From positions 1 to 64,000 of IMG/VR virus record IMGVR_UViG_3300032087_003621: 64,000 bases of DNA. One strand, given 5' to 3'. The notes below the pieces were generated by a model. The model was not told the DNA's origin, ran no database searches, and saw only the letters and a program-made list of their open reading frames with translations. The stretch is from a virus. The stretch's first letter is position 1; every line of letters starts with the position of its first letter. Positions 1 to 9,642 of the stretch are shown here, one piece after another. A program made the position numbers and the translations under genes.

Positions 1-1
1 A

Positions 2-1357
2 AACAAAGAGGCATTCTTTACTTTTGGAAGGATGAATCCTCCTACTATTGGTCATGGAAAGTTGATGTCAGTTCTTGCCACTAAGGCTGGACGTAACCCC
101 TATTATGTGTATCTTTCCCAATCTTCAGACCCAAAGAAGAATCCATTATCTTACGAACAGAAAATAAAACATGTTCGTAAAATGTTCCCAAAACATGCTC
201 GTAATGTTATTCTTGATAAGAAAGTTAGGAACACTTTCGACATTGCTGTAGCCCTCCACAATCAAGGATTTAATAGAATCACTATGGTTGTTGGTGCTGA
301 CCGCATTACTGAGTTTCAAACATTATTGAACAAATACAATGGTACCAAAGCGAGACACGGATTCTACAACTTTGAAAAGATTAACGTAGTATCTGCGGGT
401 GACCGTGACCCCGATGCTGAAGGTGTTGAGGGTATGTCTGCCTCCAAACAACGTGCGAATGTTGCGAATAATGATTTTACTACATTCTCACAGGGCGTAC
501 CATCATCAATGTCTGACAGAGACGCTAAGCGTCTTTTCAATGACCTTCGTGTTGGAATGGGTTTGAAAGAAACCAAAGAATTTAAGAATCACGTCGATTT
601 AGGTGTTGTTTCTGAAACCAGAGAAAAGTATATCGCTGGTGAGTTATTCCAGCCTGGTGACAGAGTTCTTGTAAAAGATACGATGAAAGAAGGTGAGATT
701 TATCGTCTGGGCACAAACTATGTTATTGTAGCATTAGATGAAGGTAGAGTAACACGCCAATGGTTGGACGGTATTGAATTAATTGAATCGAATCAACCTG
801 AATGGGGAACTCCTGCATCTACTAAGAAGGCGAAGAAGATTACGCCTAACGAAGAAACCGATACTCCGCAAGACAAAGAGATTGGTAAGAGAAAGGGAAC
901 ACAACCTGCTCGTTATCACAAAGGTTTATCTAAGGCGCAGAAGATTGCTAGAGACCGTCAGTTTAAGAGACAGTCTAAGATGGACGATGATGACCCTAAC
1001 GCATACAAACCTGCGCCAGGCGATAAGACCACAGAAACCAAGCCTTCCAAGTATACCAAAGCATACAACAAAATGTTTGGTGAAAAATTCCGTAGAGACG
1101 ATGAAGTTTCTTCTGTTAGAAAAGTTATCAATCGTGAACTGGACGCTGATAAGATTCGTCACGATAGAATGATTGATAGGGCTAGGATTACCAAAGCAAG
1201 AAGACAGGCACGAGAAACGAATCCACGAAAAGAAAGTACGAAAAATCCTGTTGCTAAGTTTGCACACAAGTTTAATAAAGCGACTGTTCATACAGACAAG
1301 AAGAAAGCCACTAAAAAAGGTTATGTTAAACATAAGGGTAAAAACAATGAAGTTTAA
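2..1357 (+). CDS. Cytidyltransferase-like (HIGH-motif nucleotidyltransferase) phage protein, 5'-truncated by the window, with a basic C-terminal extension
   Basis: Frame is open from base 2 (..FTFGRMNPPTIGHGKL). HxGH motif, VVGADR, SAGDRDPDAEGVEGMSASKQR are typical of the T4-like marine phage cytidyltransferase. Confidence 0.8.
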   Translation, partial: NKEAFFTFGRMNPPTIGHGKLMSVLATKAGRNPYYVYLSQSSDPKKNPLSYEQKIKHVRKMFPKHARNVILDKKVRNTFDIAVALHNQGFNRITMVVGADRITEFQTLLNKYNGTKARHGFYNFEKINVVSAGDRDPDAEGVEGMSASKQRANVANNDFTTFSQGVPSSMSDRDAKRLFNDLRVGMGLKETKEFKNHVDLGVVSETREKYIAGELFQPGDRVLVKDTMKEGEIYRLGTNYVIVALDEGRVTRQWLDGIELIESNQPEWGTPASTKKAKKITPNEETDTPQDKEIGKRKGTQPARYHKGLSKAQKIARDRQFKRQSKMDDDDPNAYKPAPGDKTTETKPSKYTKAYNKMFGEKFRRDDEVSSVRKVINRELDADKIRHDRMIDRARITKARRQARETNPRKESTKNPVAKFAHKFNKATVHTDKKKATKKGYVKHKGKNNEV

Positions 1358-1574
1358 AGATTACGTGATTACCGAAGACGCTCTCGCAGACAAAGCTGCG
1401 AAGTCTGGTATTTCAAGGGCAACATTAAAAAAAGTTTATGACCGTGGTGTTGCTGCATGGAAAACGGGCCATCGTCCAGGCACTACTCCACAACAATGGG
1501 GATATGCTAGGGTCAATGCGTTTATTGTTAAAAAGAAGAAAGGTGGTCTCAATCACGATAAAGATTTGGCGTAA
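1347..1574 (+). CDS. DUF5824-like small protein with capsid-targeting-like N-terminus
   Basis: Likely start MKFKDYVITE at 1347. LKKVYDRGVAAWKTGHRPGTTPQQWGYARVNAF motif. Confidence 0.65.
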   Translation: MKFKDYVITEDALADKAAKSGISRATLKKVYDRGVAAWKTGHRPGTTPQQWGYARVNAFIVKKKKGGLNHDKDLA

Positions 1575-1582
1575 TATAAATA
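1575..1582 (+). promoter_or_regulatory. T4-type late promoter
   Basis: Exact TATAAATA in the intergenic gap before ORF 1589. Confidence 0.8.
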
Positions 1583-1588
1583 GAAGTT

Positions 1589-3208
1589 ATGAACATTAAA
1601 AAAGAATCTCTTAAAGTTAGACAAAAAGATTTTAAGAACGCAGCAAAACACGTTGCGGGAACTTATATCGAGAAAGGAAACTTTAAGAAAGTCATGGACC
1701 TTTTAAAATTTTTAGGGAAAAAAGTTACTGTGGATAAATCCGACATTTCAAAAGCGACCTACACATTTGAACAGTTTCGTGGAAAACTTGACGAGAAGTC
1801 AGTATCGAAACAACAGCAAAAGTTTATGGGTATGGTTCGTGCTGTGCAGAAAGGTGAAATGGACGCACCTTCTCCCGAAGTTGCTCAAGCAGCTAAGACG
1901 ATGAAGAAAAAGGATGTCAAAGATTTTGCAAAGACAAAACACAAAGGTCTTCCTGATAAAGTAAAAGAAGCAACCGACCAAGTAAATCAAGATTTTCCTA
2001 ACACGCTTGAGTCACTTGATGAAACAACCATCAAAGATATCAAAGACATTCTGACAACTATCGGTTCATCTAAGAACATGGACCAAGCAGTTCAGATGGT
2101 GATGAAGAAGTATAAGGTTCCTCAAGGTCAAGCAAAGGCGATGGTCAAGAAGGCAATCGATTCTGGTGTCACATACGACAAGATTAAGAAGAAGTATGCA
2201 AAAGAATCAGTCGAACTTGATGAAGCAACCAGAGTGTCTCGTAAAGATTTTGACAAGCTCAAGAAAGGTTCCATGATTACAATCGATTATGGTTCTGGCA
2301 TTAGAGGTAGCACTAAACGTACCTTCATGGTGAAAGGTAAATCACGCAGTGCAAAGTACAACGTTGATAAGGTCAATATGGTTGACCCCAATAAGCCTGG
2401 TGGAATGAAGTTCCATCTTTATAGTCGAGATGGTGAAGACGCAACCCTCGCATTGGGTGATATGGGAGCGACTATCAATTCCTACAGCATCAAAGAGTCA
2501 ATCGAAGAAAAAAGAGATGCTGGTAAGTCTGCGACTGGATATGACATCTATCACGATACGTATTCTGCGGCAATGCAACACGCATATGCCCATGCTAAGA
2601 AGAAACATGGTGTAACTGTTCGTCCTGATGAAATCGATAGTAAAGTCGCATCAGGCCCAAGAAAACCTTCGACTGGCAAAACCGTATCGCATATTCTCAA
2701 GACAGACAAGAAACAGAACCTTCACGTTCAAGTGTACAACACAGGTCGCAAGTACGAGTTGAATATGTACGTTGAGTCGGTCAACGAAGCATCGAAGGTT
2801 CCCGCAGGAATGAAATTTATTGCTTCCTATGTTTACAAGGATGCGAATGGTAAAGACCACACTCACACACATCTCCGTAAAGGCAAAAAGATGACTGACC
2901 CCGTTGTTGTGCACATTGACGGGAAAGAGTGGAAAACCTTTCAATCATTTACCAAAGCAAAGCAGGCTGCGATTAGTCATATCAAGTCAATGAATGAATC
3001 AGTCGAACTTGATGAAGCAAACGCTATTGACCTTGCACGTGATGTTGTTAAGAACAAAGGTGCAAAGAAAGGTCTGGACATGCAGACTGCTAACGCAATC
3101 TTGACTGTATATGATAAAGTCAATGATGCAAACAAAAAGAAAATGGAAAAGATGCCTGTTGCTAAGTTGGCATCAGCGGTATGGAAAATCTTAGGGAAAG
3201 CTAAGTGA
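1589..3208 (+). CDS. Putative head-internal modular polyprotein (includes a DUF3008-like domain)
   Basis: Lys-rich domains separated by ES(V/I)(E)(L)DE/EE linkers. SKQQQKFMGMV...KDFAKTKHKGLP module. Late promoter upstream. Confidence 0.6.
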   Translation: MNIKKESLKVRQKDFKNAAKHVAGTYIEKGNFKKVMDLLKFLGKKVTVDKSDISKATYTFEQFRGKLDEKSVSKQQQKFMGMVRAVQKGEMDAPSPEVAQAAKTMKKKDVKDFAKTKHKGLPDKVKEATDQVNQDFPNTLESLDETTIKDIKDILTTIGSSKNMDQAVQMVMKKYKVPQGQAKAMVKKAIDSGVTYDKIKKKYAKESVELDEATRVSRKDFDKLKKGSMITIDYGSGIRGSTKRTFMVKGKSRSAKYNVDKVNMVDPNKPGGMKFHLYSRDGEDATLALGDMGATINSYSIKESIEEKRDAGKSATGYDIYHDTYSAAMQHAYAHAKKKHGVTVRPDEIDSKVASGPRKPSTGKTVSHILKTDKKQNLHVQVYNTGRKYELNMYVESVNEASKVPAGMKFIASYVYKDANGKDHTHTHLRKGKKMTDPVVVHIDGKEWKTFQSFTKAKQAAISHIKSMNESVELDEANAIDLARDVVKNKGAKKGLDMQTANAILTVYDKVNDANKKKMEKMPVAKLASAVWKILGKAK

Positions 3209-3612
3209 AAACATTTAAGGCATTTATTAACGAAGCGTGTTGCGACGATTGTCGTGAACCCGACTTTGATGCCGAACCAGAGTTCGCTTTGTTCGAAGGT
3301 AGAAACGTTCCTCTTGAACGACCTATGTTTGAAGAGGCGCAACCTGAGTTGAACAAACCAAAGGCAGGTGGTCCTAAAAAGTATTACGTATATGTCAAGG
3401 ACCCCTCAACGGGTAACATTAAGAAAGTTACTTGGGGAGATACTACAGGGTTAAAGGTTAAGTTGAATGACCCTAAAGCCCGTAAGTCGTTTGCTGCGAG
3501 ACATAAGTGTTCGCAACAGAATGATAAGACAACGGCAGCCTATTGGGCGTGTCGTTTACCTCGTTATGCAAAACAATTAGGATTGAGTGGTGGTGGAAAC
3601 TACTTCTGGTAA
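3205..3612 (+). CDS. DUF6321-like phage protein with capsid-targeting-like N-terminus
   Basis: MKTFKAFINE start. VYVKDP..GNIKKVTWGD...RKSFAARHKC...AAYWAC motif. Confidence 0.65.
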   Translation: MKTFKAFINEACCDDCREPDFDAEPEFALFEGRNVPLERPMFEEAQPELNKPKAGGPKKYYVYVKDPSTGNIKKVTWGDTTGLKVKLNDPKARKSFAARHKCSQQNDKTTAAYWACRLPRYAKQLGLSGGGNYFW

Positions 3613-3850
3613 ACCTTATACTGATAACGAAAGTATAAGAACGATACACAATCAATCCGAAGAGTTTGAATGGCATCGTGATAGACAAGATAGAGTTATC
3701 ACGGTATTAGAAGGACAAGGTTGGCAGTTGCAGTACAATGGTGAATTGCCGATAGAGTTAATAGAAGGTGAACAATACCATATTCCTGCAATGATGTATC
3801 ATAGAGTCATTAAAGGAATGAACGATTTAGTAATAGACATTCAGGAATAA
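3587..3850 (+). CDS. Small cupin-like protein
   Basis: WHRD...VLEGQGW...IPAMMYHRVIKG cupin-like pattern. Confidence 0.55.
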   Translation: MVVETTSGKPYTDNESIRTIHNQSEEFEWHRDRQDRVITVLEGQGWQLQYNGELPIELIEGEQYHIPAMMYHRVIKGMNDLVIDIQE

Positions 3851-3856
3851 GGTAGA

Positions 3857-4153
3857 ATGGCAGAAACACAAGCAAAGCGTCTTGAACGCATTGAAGAGAA
3901 AATTGACAAGATTACAGACGCGGTGGGTGATTTAACCACAACCACTGCCGTAATGAGCACCAAGATAGAAGACCTTGAGATGCGAAGAGAGGAGTCTCAT
4001 CAGAGAGCAAACAAGTTTTCTGAGAAACTGGACCATGTACACGAATGTATGCACGATGTCAAAGCAAGAGTAGATATCGTTTCAAGGGTTACATGGGGTG
4101 TGGGTGCAGCAATTATTGTTGCATTAATTAACGAAGTTGTAAAATTAGTCTAG
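3857..4153 (+). CDS. Coiled-coil protein with C-terminal TM helix (XhlA/holin-like architecture)
   Basis: RLERIEEKIDKI heptads. Terminal hydrophobic segment VTWGVGAAIIVALI. Confidence 0.55.
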   Translation: MAETQAKRLERIEEKIDKITDAVGDLTTTTAVMSTKIEDLEMRREESHQRANKFSEKLDHVHECMHDVKARVDIVSRVTWGVGAAIIVALINEVVKLV

Positions 4154-4165
4154 GAGTAGTACGAC

Positions 4166-4999
4166 ATGGATCGTAAATTAATTGATAGTATCACAGCAGC
4201 TTGGCAGGAAGTTGTTGAGAAAAAAAATAAAAAACTTGATCCTGTCGATAAAGATGAATTGAAAGGCAAACACGCTGACCGTGATGACAAAGACATCGAC
4301 AATGATGGTGATGTCGATTCATCAGATGAGTATCTTCACAAGCGTCGTAAGGCAATTGCTAAGAGTGAAGAAGTCGAACAGGATATGGATAAGGATGGTA
4401 TGAAGAAGTGTGCTGAGTGTGGCGGTTCTTCAGAGAATCACGACCCCGAATGTTCTAAGTACGACTCTGCTGAAAAGAAGAAAATGTCTGAAGAAGATAT
4501 GGACGATAAGTCAGCAACTAAAGCTCTCAAGCACGATTGTGCATCACACGTAACATCTGAACAGTGGGGTTATGGTGAGTGTATTCCGGGCGAACATACA
4601 TTAGTAGAACAAGAAGACGGTACTGCCATCGTCACTCACTACGATGTAATGTTTGAACACGGTGTTGAGTTTGATGTTCCTGTCGAAGAACTCACGATTG
4701 TCTCAGAAAAGAATCATTCACACGCTTCTAAGAAAAAAATGAAAGAAGGTAAGACCTACGCAGAACGTTCTAAGGGTGCTGCAAAGGGTGAAACCATGCT
4801 TGACAAGTATAAGGGTAAAGCGGCAAAGGATATGGCGAAAGACCATGATATGGAGAATCCCGAAGTCGATGACACAGAAGAAAAAGGTCACGACGATGCT
4901 TCAAAGGCAGGTCGAGTTACTAAACTTTCCAAGTTGCGTCCAGGCGAAAAACGTGTAGGTCATCTTAATCCTGAGAAACCCAAAGACACAACAAAATGA
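4166..4999 (+). CDS. Putative virion internal protein with DxDxDG motif
   Basis: LDPV...DIDNDGDVDSSDEYLHKRRKAI motif seen in marine T4-like phage proteins. Modular and charged. Confidence 0.55.
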   Translation: MDRKLIDSITAAWQEVVEKKNKKLDPVDKDELKGKHADRDDKDIDNDGDVDSSDEYLHKRRKAIAKSEEVEQDMDKDGMKKCAECGGSSENHDPECSKYDSAEKKKMSEEDMDDKSATKALKHDCASHVTSEQWGYGECIPGEHTLVEQEDGTAIVTHYDVMFEHGVEFDVPVEELTIVSEKNHSHASKKKMKEGKTYAERSKGAAKGETMLDKYKGKAAKDMAKDHDMENPEVDDTEEKGHDDASKAGRVTKLSKLRPGEKRVGHLNPEKPKDTTK

Positions 5000-5131
5000 G
5001 TAACAAAGAATCTGATGTGAAAATGTTGCATGAGGCTCCCGTGAATGGTGTAGCCCCTCTTCATCATGATTGGACAAAACATTATTTTAATGATGATGCC
5101 GAACAATCAAACGACGAAGAGGTAAAGAAAG

Positions 5132-5473
5132 ATGGCAGCAAAGAAAACAGTTGATGAAAAATTAGCCGCAGCGGATGCTAACGGAGATGGACACATCTCT
5201 ATGGACGAACTCGAAGCACATATGGACTTAGAGTTTAAAAGGAAAGAACTAGAAGACCAAGATGCACAAAGAGACGCCATTCGTAAGATGGCTTGGTTTT
5301 CATTAATAGGATTGTTGTTATATCCTTTTGGTATTTTCTGCACATCATTGTTTGGTTTAGATACCGCAGCAAGTTTGATTGCTGATATTGCACCAACATA
5401 TTTTGCCTCTATTGCAGTGTTAGTGTCTGCATTCTTTGCGGCTGATGCGGTGGGTAATAAGAAGAAAGAGTAA
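5132..5473 (+). CDS. EF-hand plus two-TM membrane protein (holin-like)
   Basis: DANGDGHISMDE canonical EF loop followed by two hydrophobic helices. Confidence 0.6.
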   Translation: MAAKKTVDEKLAAADANGDGHISMDELEAHMDLEFKRKELEDQDAQRDAIRKMAWFSLIGLLLYPFGIFCTSLFGLDTAASLIADIAPTYFASIAVLVSAFFAADAVGNKKKE

Positions 5474-5611
5474 TGGAATACATTTTGATAGGTGTTCTAA
5501 TTACTTTTGGTTCATGGGTCGGTACTAAGATTGTTGATATTATCGAACCAAAAGAAACAATCGAAATTCGAGAAGAACATTTACAATGTGTTATTGTAGT
5601 TGAAGAAGAAG

Positions 5612-6127
5612 ATGAAGAATAAAAGTTTTGATGTAAGCGAAGACTCTGCTATCACTATACCGCTTCGTAATTTGATTGGATTAATTATCACAGCGGGCAT
5701 TGTTGTGATGGGTTATTTCCAACTGGTAGAACGCATCACTTTTCTCGAGCGAGACTTGACCTTGGCAAGTCAATATATTGAACAGAACTCTCATTTTAGA
5801 CAGAAGTGGCCTCTTGGAGAGTTAGGTGCATTGCCCGATGATATGATTCAGAACAGTAAGATTCAAGCACTCGAAAAAGTGGTTGAGGTTAATACTGAAT
5901 TCCGAAACAACTGGGCACCACCTGAAGAGGTACAACAATCAGTTAAGATAAATAATGAACAAGAGATAAAGATAAAGTATCTTGAAACTCGTATTCAGTT
6001 GTTAGAGACGCAGCTGAAAGATTTCAATAGAATGGAAATTACACAATCTCGTCACGAATCTGAGATTGAAACTCAAGCCGAGAAGATTGAAACATTATTC
6101 GATCTTTGGAACAATAAGAGCAACTAA
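5612..6127 (+). CDS. TM-anchored coiled-coil protein
   Basis: N-terminal TM (LIGLIITAGIVVMGYF) followed by heptads. Confidence 0.55.
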   Translation: MKNKSFDVSEDSAITIPLRNLIGLIITAGIVVMGYFQLVERITFLERDLTLASQYIEQNSHFRQKWPLGELGALPDDMIQNSKIQALEKVVEVNTEFRNNWAPPEEVQQSVKINNEQEIKIKYLETRIQLLETQLKDFNRMEITQSRHESEIETQAEKIETLFDLWNNKSN

Positions 6128-7680
6128 TGGCGCAGTTTGATACCAATAAACAGACGCTGAACCGAAATAACAATGTGTTATACGAAGTTCAGATGGTCGC
6201 AGACCAATATGGTCGTATTCACAACGAAGGTGCGACTTCACGATCTGCTTTTGGTGAGAATATTTCTATTCCGGTCAATCCAGTTTTTCAATTGGATGGA
6301 CTTTACGGATTAGATCCACAACTGTTTGAAACCTTTACCGGCACCTTTACCGGAAATCCAGGCACCGCAACTACCACTGACACATTGATGCAAGTGACAA
6401 CTGATGCGACCGGTATTGGTTCCTATGGGGTTATTCGTTCTCGACGTGCTGTTAGATATCGTCCCGGCCAAGGTGCACTGGGAAGATTCACCGCAAAGTT
6501 TAGTACTGGTGTTGCTGGGTATACACAACGTGCGGGTTTCTTTACACAAGAACAAGCAGTTCAGGTTGGTTATGATGGAACATCGTTTGGTGTTCTGAGA
6601 CAGAACGGCGGTAAAGCACATATTGAAATTCTCACTGTAACTGCCACTGCAACTGAAACTGTACAGGTAGAACTGGACGGTGTTAGCACTGGAGTAGCAA
6701 TTCTTTCTACTGATACTAATCAAGAAGCGGCAGTAAAAATTGCAGATGCTTTTGCGGGTAATGCTAGTTGGATTGTTGAAACTTACGACGATAAAGTTTG
6801 TTTCTTGGCAACAAGTGTTGGTCCCAAAGCAGGTGCTTTTAGTTACACTGGTACTTCTGCTACACTTACTACTCAACAAACAGGTGTGGCACACACGGAT
6901 CTATGGACTCCTCAAGCAGAATTTAATCAAGACACTTTAGATGGAAATGGTCCATCCAAAGTTACTATCGACCCACAGAAACTCAATGTGTATCAAATCA
7001 ACTTCCGTTGGTTGGGCGCTGGAGAGATTCGTTATGCTATCGAGAATCCCACCAATGGTGATATGATTCATTTTCATCACGAGCATTATAGTAACCGTAA
7101 CACTGATGTTCACATCGATAACCCTTCTCTGAAAATTGGTTATGTTGCCGCATCACTGGGTGGTGATGGTACAAGTATTGTGGTTGAAGGTGCGTCGATG
7201 ATGGGTGCTATCGAAGGACTGATCAATACTACAAAATTACCAACTGCAACTTTCCGAGAAAGTACTACTAACCTAAATGCCAACACTTGGTATCACGTTT
7301 TAACAGCGGCCAATAATAGAGTGTTTAGAAACAAAATCAACACAAGAGAAATAATATTAAAAAATATTAATTGCGCTTTTAGTGGTACTGGTCCTGTTAC
7401 AGTTGCTCTAATTCTAAACCCAACAGGAGTAGCAGACACCAGAGAGTTCAACTCTATAAACGAATTTTCTTCAGTATCCACCTCTAATACAACTTCCGTA
7501 GTGACATTGGGAGACCAAAGATTAATGTATATCTTTGATGTTGAAGCGGGTGGTTCAGGTACTCAAGTTCTAGAAGACCTTCGAATTGCAATCCCTCCAG
7601 GCAATGAAGTGTCTGTTCTGATTAGAAGTTCCCAGCAAATAACTCGTAATGCTATCTCTATGTCTTGGATTGAAGATTAA
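6127..7680 (+). CDS. Beta-rich putative virion structural protein
   Basis: 517 aa, Thr/Gly-rich. SAFGE..., RYRPGQG and WLGAGEIR motifs seen in phage structural proteins. Confidence 0.5.
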   Translation: MAQFDTNKQTLNRNNNVLYEVQMVADQYGRIHNEGATSRSAFGENISIPVNPVFQLDGLYGLDPQLFETFTGTFTGNPGTATTTDTLMQVTTDATGIGSYGVIRSRRAVRYRPGQGALGRFTAKFSTGVAGYTQRAGFFTQEQAVQVGYDGTSFGVLRQNGGKAHIEILTVTATATETVQVELDGVSTGVAILSTDTNQEAAVKIADAFAGNASWIVETYDDKVCFLATSVGPKAGAFSYTGTSATLTTQQTGVAHTDLWTPQAEFNQDTLDGNGPSKVTIDPQKLNVYQINFRWLGAGEIRYAIENPTNGDMIHFHHEHYSNRNTDVHIDNPSLKIGYVAASLGGDGTSIVVEGASMMGAIEGLINTTKLPTATFRESTTNLNANTWYHVLTAANNRVFRNKINTREIILKNINCAFSGTGPVTVALILNPTGVADTREFNSINEFSSVSTSNTTSVVTLGDQRLMYIFDVEAGGSGTQVLEDLRIAIPPGNEVSVLIRSSQQITRNAISMSWIED

Positions 7681-7684
7681 ATCT

Positions 7685-7692
7685 TATAAATA
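7685..7692 (+). promoter_or_regulatory. T4-type late promoter
   Basis: Exact TATAAATA upstream of the secreted-protein cluster. Confidence 0.8.
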
Positions 7693-7714
7693 TACCTGAC
7701 ATTATAACTAGGAT

Positions 7715-8278
7715 ATGGTAATGCGATACTTACTATTCTTTGTTATGGCTTTCTGTGCGAGTGTGACATTTGGACAAGAAGTGACACCCCCTGATGACAC
7801 GATTCGAACTGAATCAATCACAGATAGCAATGTGAATACAAACTCGACAACGACAACGACTTTAAAGTCGCCACCCGCGTCAGCTATTACTCCAACGATT
7901 AATACGTCAAACTCAGACTTATGTACGTTCGGAGTTGCTGGTGCAATTCAAACACAGATTCTAGGTATCTCGACTGGCACTCAGGTAACAGACGAGAACT
8001 GTGAACGACTCAAACTGTCTAAGACTTTGTACGATATGGGTATGAAAGTCGCAGCAGTTTCTACGATGTGTCAAGACCCAAGAGTCTTTGACGCGATGAT
8101 GATGGCTGGCACACCATGTCCGTATGACGGATTGATTGGGGAGCAAGCAAAAGCAGCATGGGTTACCAATGAAGAAGCTCAACCTGGCATGAAAGAAAAG
8201 GAAGGGATGAATGAAGGTACTAAGACGCTGCTTGGCGGTGCTGGTGTTGCTAGTTTACTCTTGTTACTCCTTATCTGA
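7715..8278 (+). CDS. Secreted Cys-containing protein with amphipathic beta-hairpin
   Basis: Signal peptide. C-TFGVAGAIQTQILGISTG-...-C hairpin, then helix, MCQD and GTPCP. Hydrophobic C-terminus. Confidence 0.65.
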   Translation: MVMRYLLFFVMAFCASVTFGQEVTPPDDTIRTESITDSNVNTNSTTTTTLKSPPASAITPTINTSNSDLCTFGVAGAIQTQILGISTGTQVTDENCERLKLSKTLYDMGMKVAAVSTMCQDPRVFDAMMMAGTPCPYDGLIGEQAKAAWVTNEEAQPGMKEKEGMNEGTKTLLGGAGVASLLLLLLI

Positions 8279-9101
8279 AGAGTTTGACACCTCACCTGTT
8301 TACGGGACAACGAACAATGCTGCACAGTTTGGTTTGAACTGGGTAATGACTCGTGTGCTCCCACAGCAGGCAGGGTTGCAGGTAAGCAATGTAGTGTATC
8401 GATACGAAGTTGAGAAGAACACTGAGGACGATATGTTGGTTCATGTGCAGAACGAAAATGCACGAGGGCCTGGTTATATTTTTCGTTCGACTGATGATTG
8501 GTCGGGTATACCAGGCAATTCAATTAACAAAGCGGTGCCTGTAGATTACATCGACATCTCTTACTGGGGTGCTGGGTCAATTGAGGTTGAGGGGTTTGGT
8601 ACGGTCAAAAATCCGGAAGTGTATTACACATATCAGTATGACCCTTGTTTTGACCCTCAGTCTAATCCTCAGTGTCCAGGCTATCAGGACCCTTTTGTGA
8701 TTGAATTAAACGAGGTCGAAGTTTATGATCCTCTTGAAGACGATGTGGTACAAGAAGAGTTGGATCGGAAAGCAAATAGGAAAGCACAAGAAGATGACGA
8801 GAAAGAAAAGGCTAGGCAAAAGGCTTTAGAGAAAGTAGAAGAAATTGAAAAGAGACTGGAGCAGTTACTCGGTATTGCTAATGAGACTGACATAGCAGGT
8901 GATGCACAACGCTTGCACGATATGTTGATGGCAATACGACAACTACCTCAGTCTTACCAAGCTCAACTGGTCGGAGGATCTTATCCGGATGGGGCAATGC
9001 CACCTGACGGAAAGATACCATCGAACAGCAGAGGATTGAGACAAGGGCTTGCTTCAGAAATGAAGCATCAAGAACTTGTCCGACTACAGTATGAAAAGTA
9101 G
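8211..9101 (+). CDS. Secreted protein: beta domain, DPC...CPGY motif and acidic coiled coil
   Basis: Signal peptide-like N-terminus. YDPCFDPQSNPQCPGY. Overlaps the upstream gene. Confidence 0.6.
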   Translation: MKVLRRCLAVLVLLVYSCYSLSEEFDTSPVYGTTNNAAQFGLNWVMTRVLPQQAGLQVSNVVYRYEVEKNTEDDMLVHVQNENARGPGYIFRSTDDWSGIPGNSINKAVPVDYIDISYWGAGSIEVEGFGTVKNPEVYYTYQYDPCFDPQSNPQCPGYQDPFVIELNEVEVYDPLEDDVVQEELDRKANRKAQEDDEKEKARQKALEKVEEIEKRLEQLLGIANETDIAGDAQRLHDMLMAIRQLPQSYQAQLVGGSYPDGAMPPDGKIPSNSRGLRQGLASEMKHQELVRLQYEK

Positions 9102-9128
9102 TAAACAAACCAAAAAGGGAGAACAGCA

Positions 9129-9632
9129 ATGTTCAATAAAACTTTTATATCATTGGCGGTACTTATGACCTTTTGTGCTAGTGCGTTTGCGGAAGAGATT
9201 CCCATTAGCGGTTCAGTGGAATCTAAGTGCATCGTAACGCAAGACACTGCGGGAGTTTACGGTAACGCATCACCCGAAGTACTCACTACGGCGAGTGCAT
9301 CTGGCGGTGTACATCCGGTTGTACGGTTTGATGTGATTCAGGCTGATTATTATATGGCTCGAATTTCTCATCCTACTTCCTTTACCGAATCTCCTGTCTT
9401 GAACGATGTCGTTACTTGGACTGGCAGCACGTCTGTTGACCAAGTTAGCGATGCCGGGATGTCTGCTTATGATACCAGTAAAGTAGAGTATGATAACGTA
9501 ACCGAAATTGACCTTTCAATCGCAGGTTCTACGTGGTTTAAAGTAGAATCAGAAGCTGATTATGGGTACAATAAGGCGTTTCCTGGCGGTCAGTACCAAG
9601 CGGTTGTAACTGCTGAGTGTATCGCAATTTAA
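9129..9632 (+). CDS. Fimbrial pilin-like protein (chaperone-usher/Csu-SCPU-like)
   Basis: Signal peptide ending ASAFA. Mature N-terminus IPISGSVESKC. C-terminus PGGQYQAVVTAEC, typical of the pilin last strand. Confidence 0.55.
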   Translation: MFNKTFISLAVLMTFCASAFAEEIPISGSVESKCIVTQDTAGVYGNASPEVLTTASASGGVHPVVRFDVIQADYYMARISHPTSFTESPVLNDVVTWTGSTSVDQVSDAGMSAYDTSKVEYDNVTEIDLSIAGSTWFKVESEADYGYNKAFPGGQYQAVVTAECIAI

Positions 9633-9642
9633 GGAAAATCAT

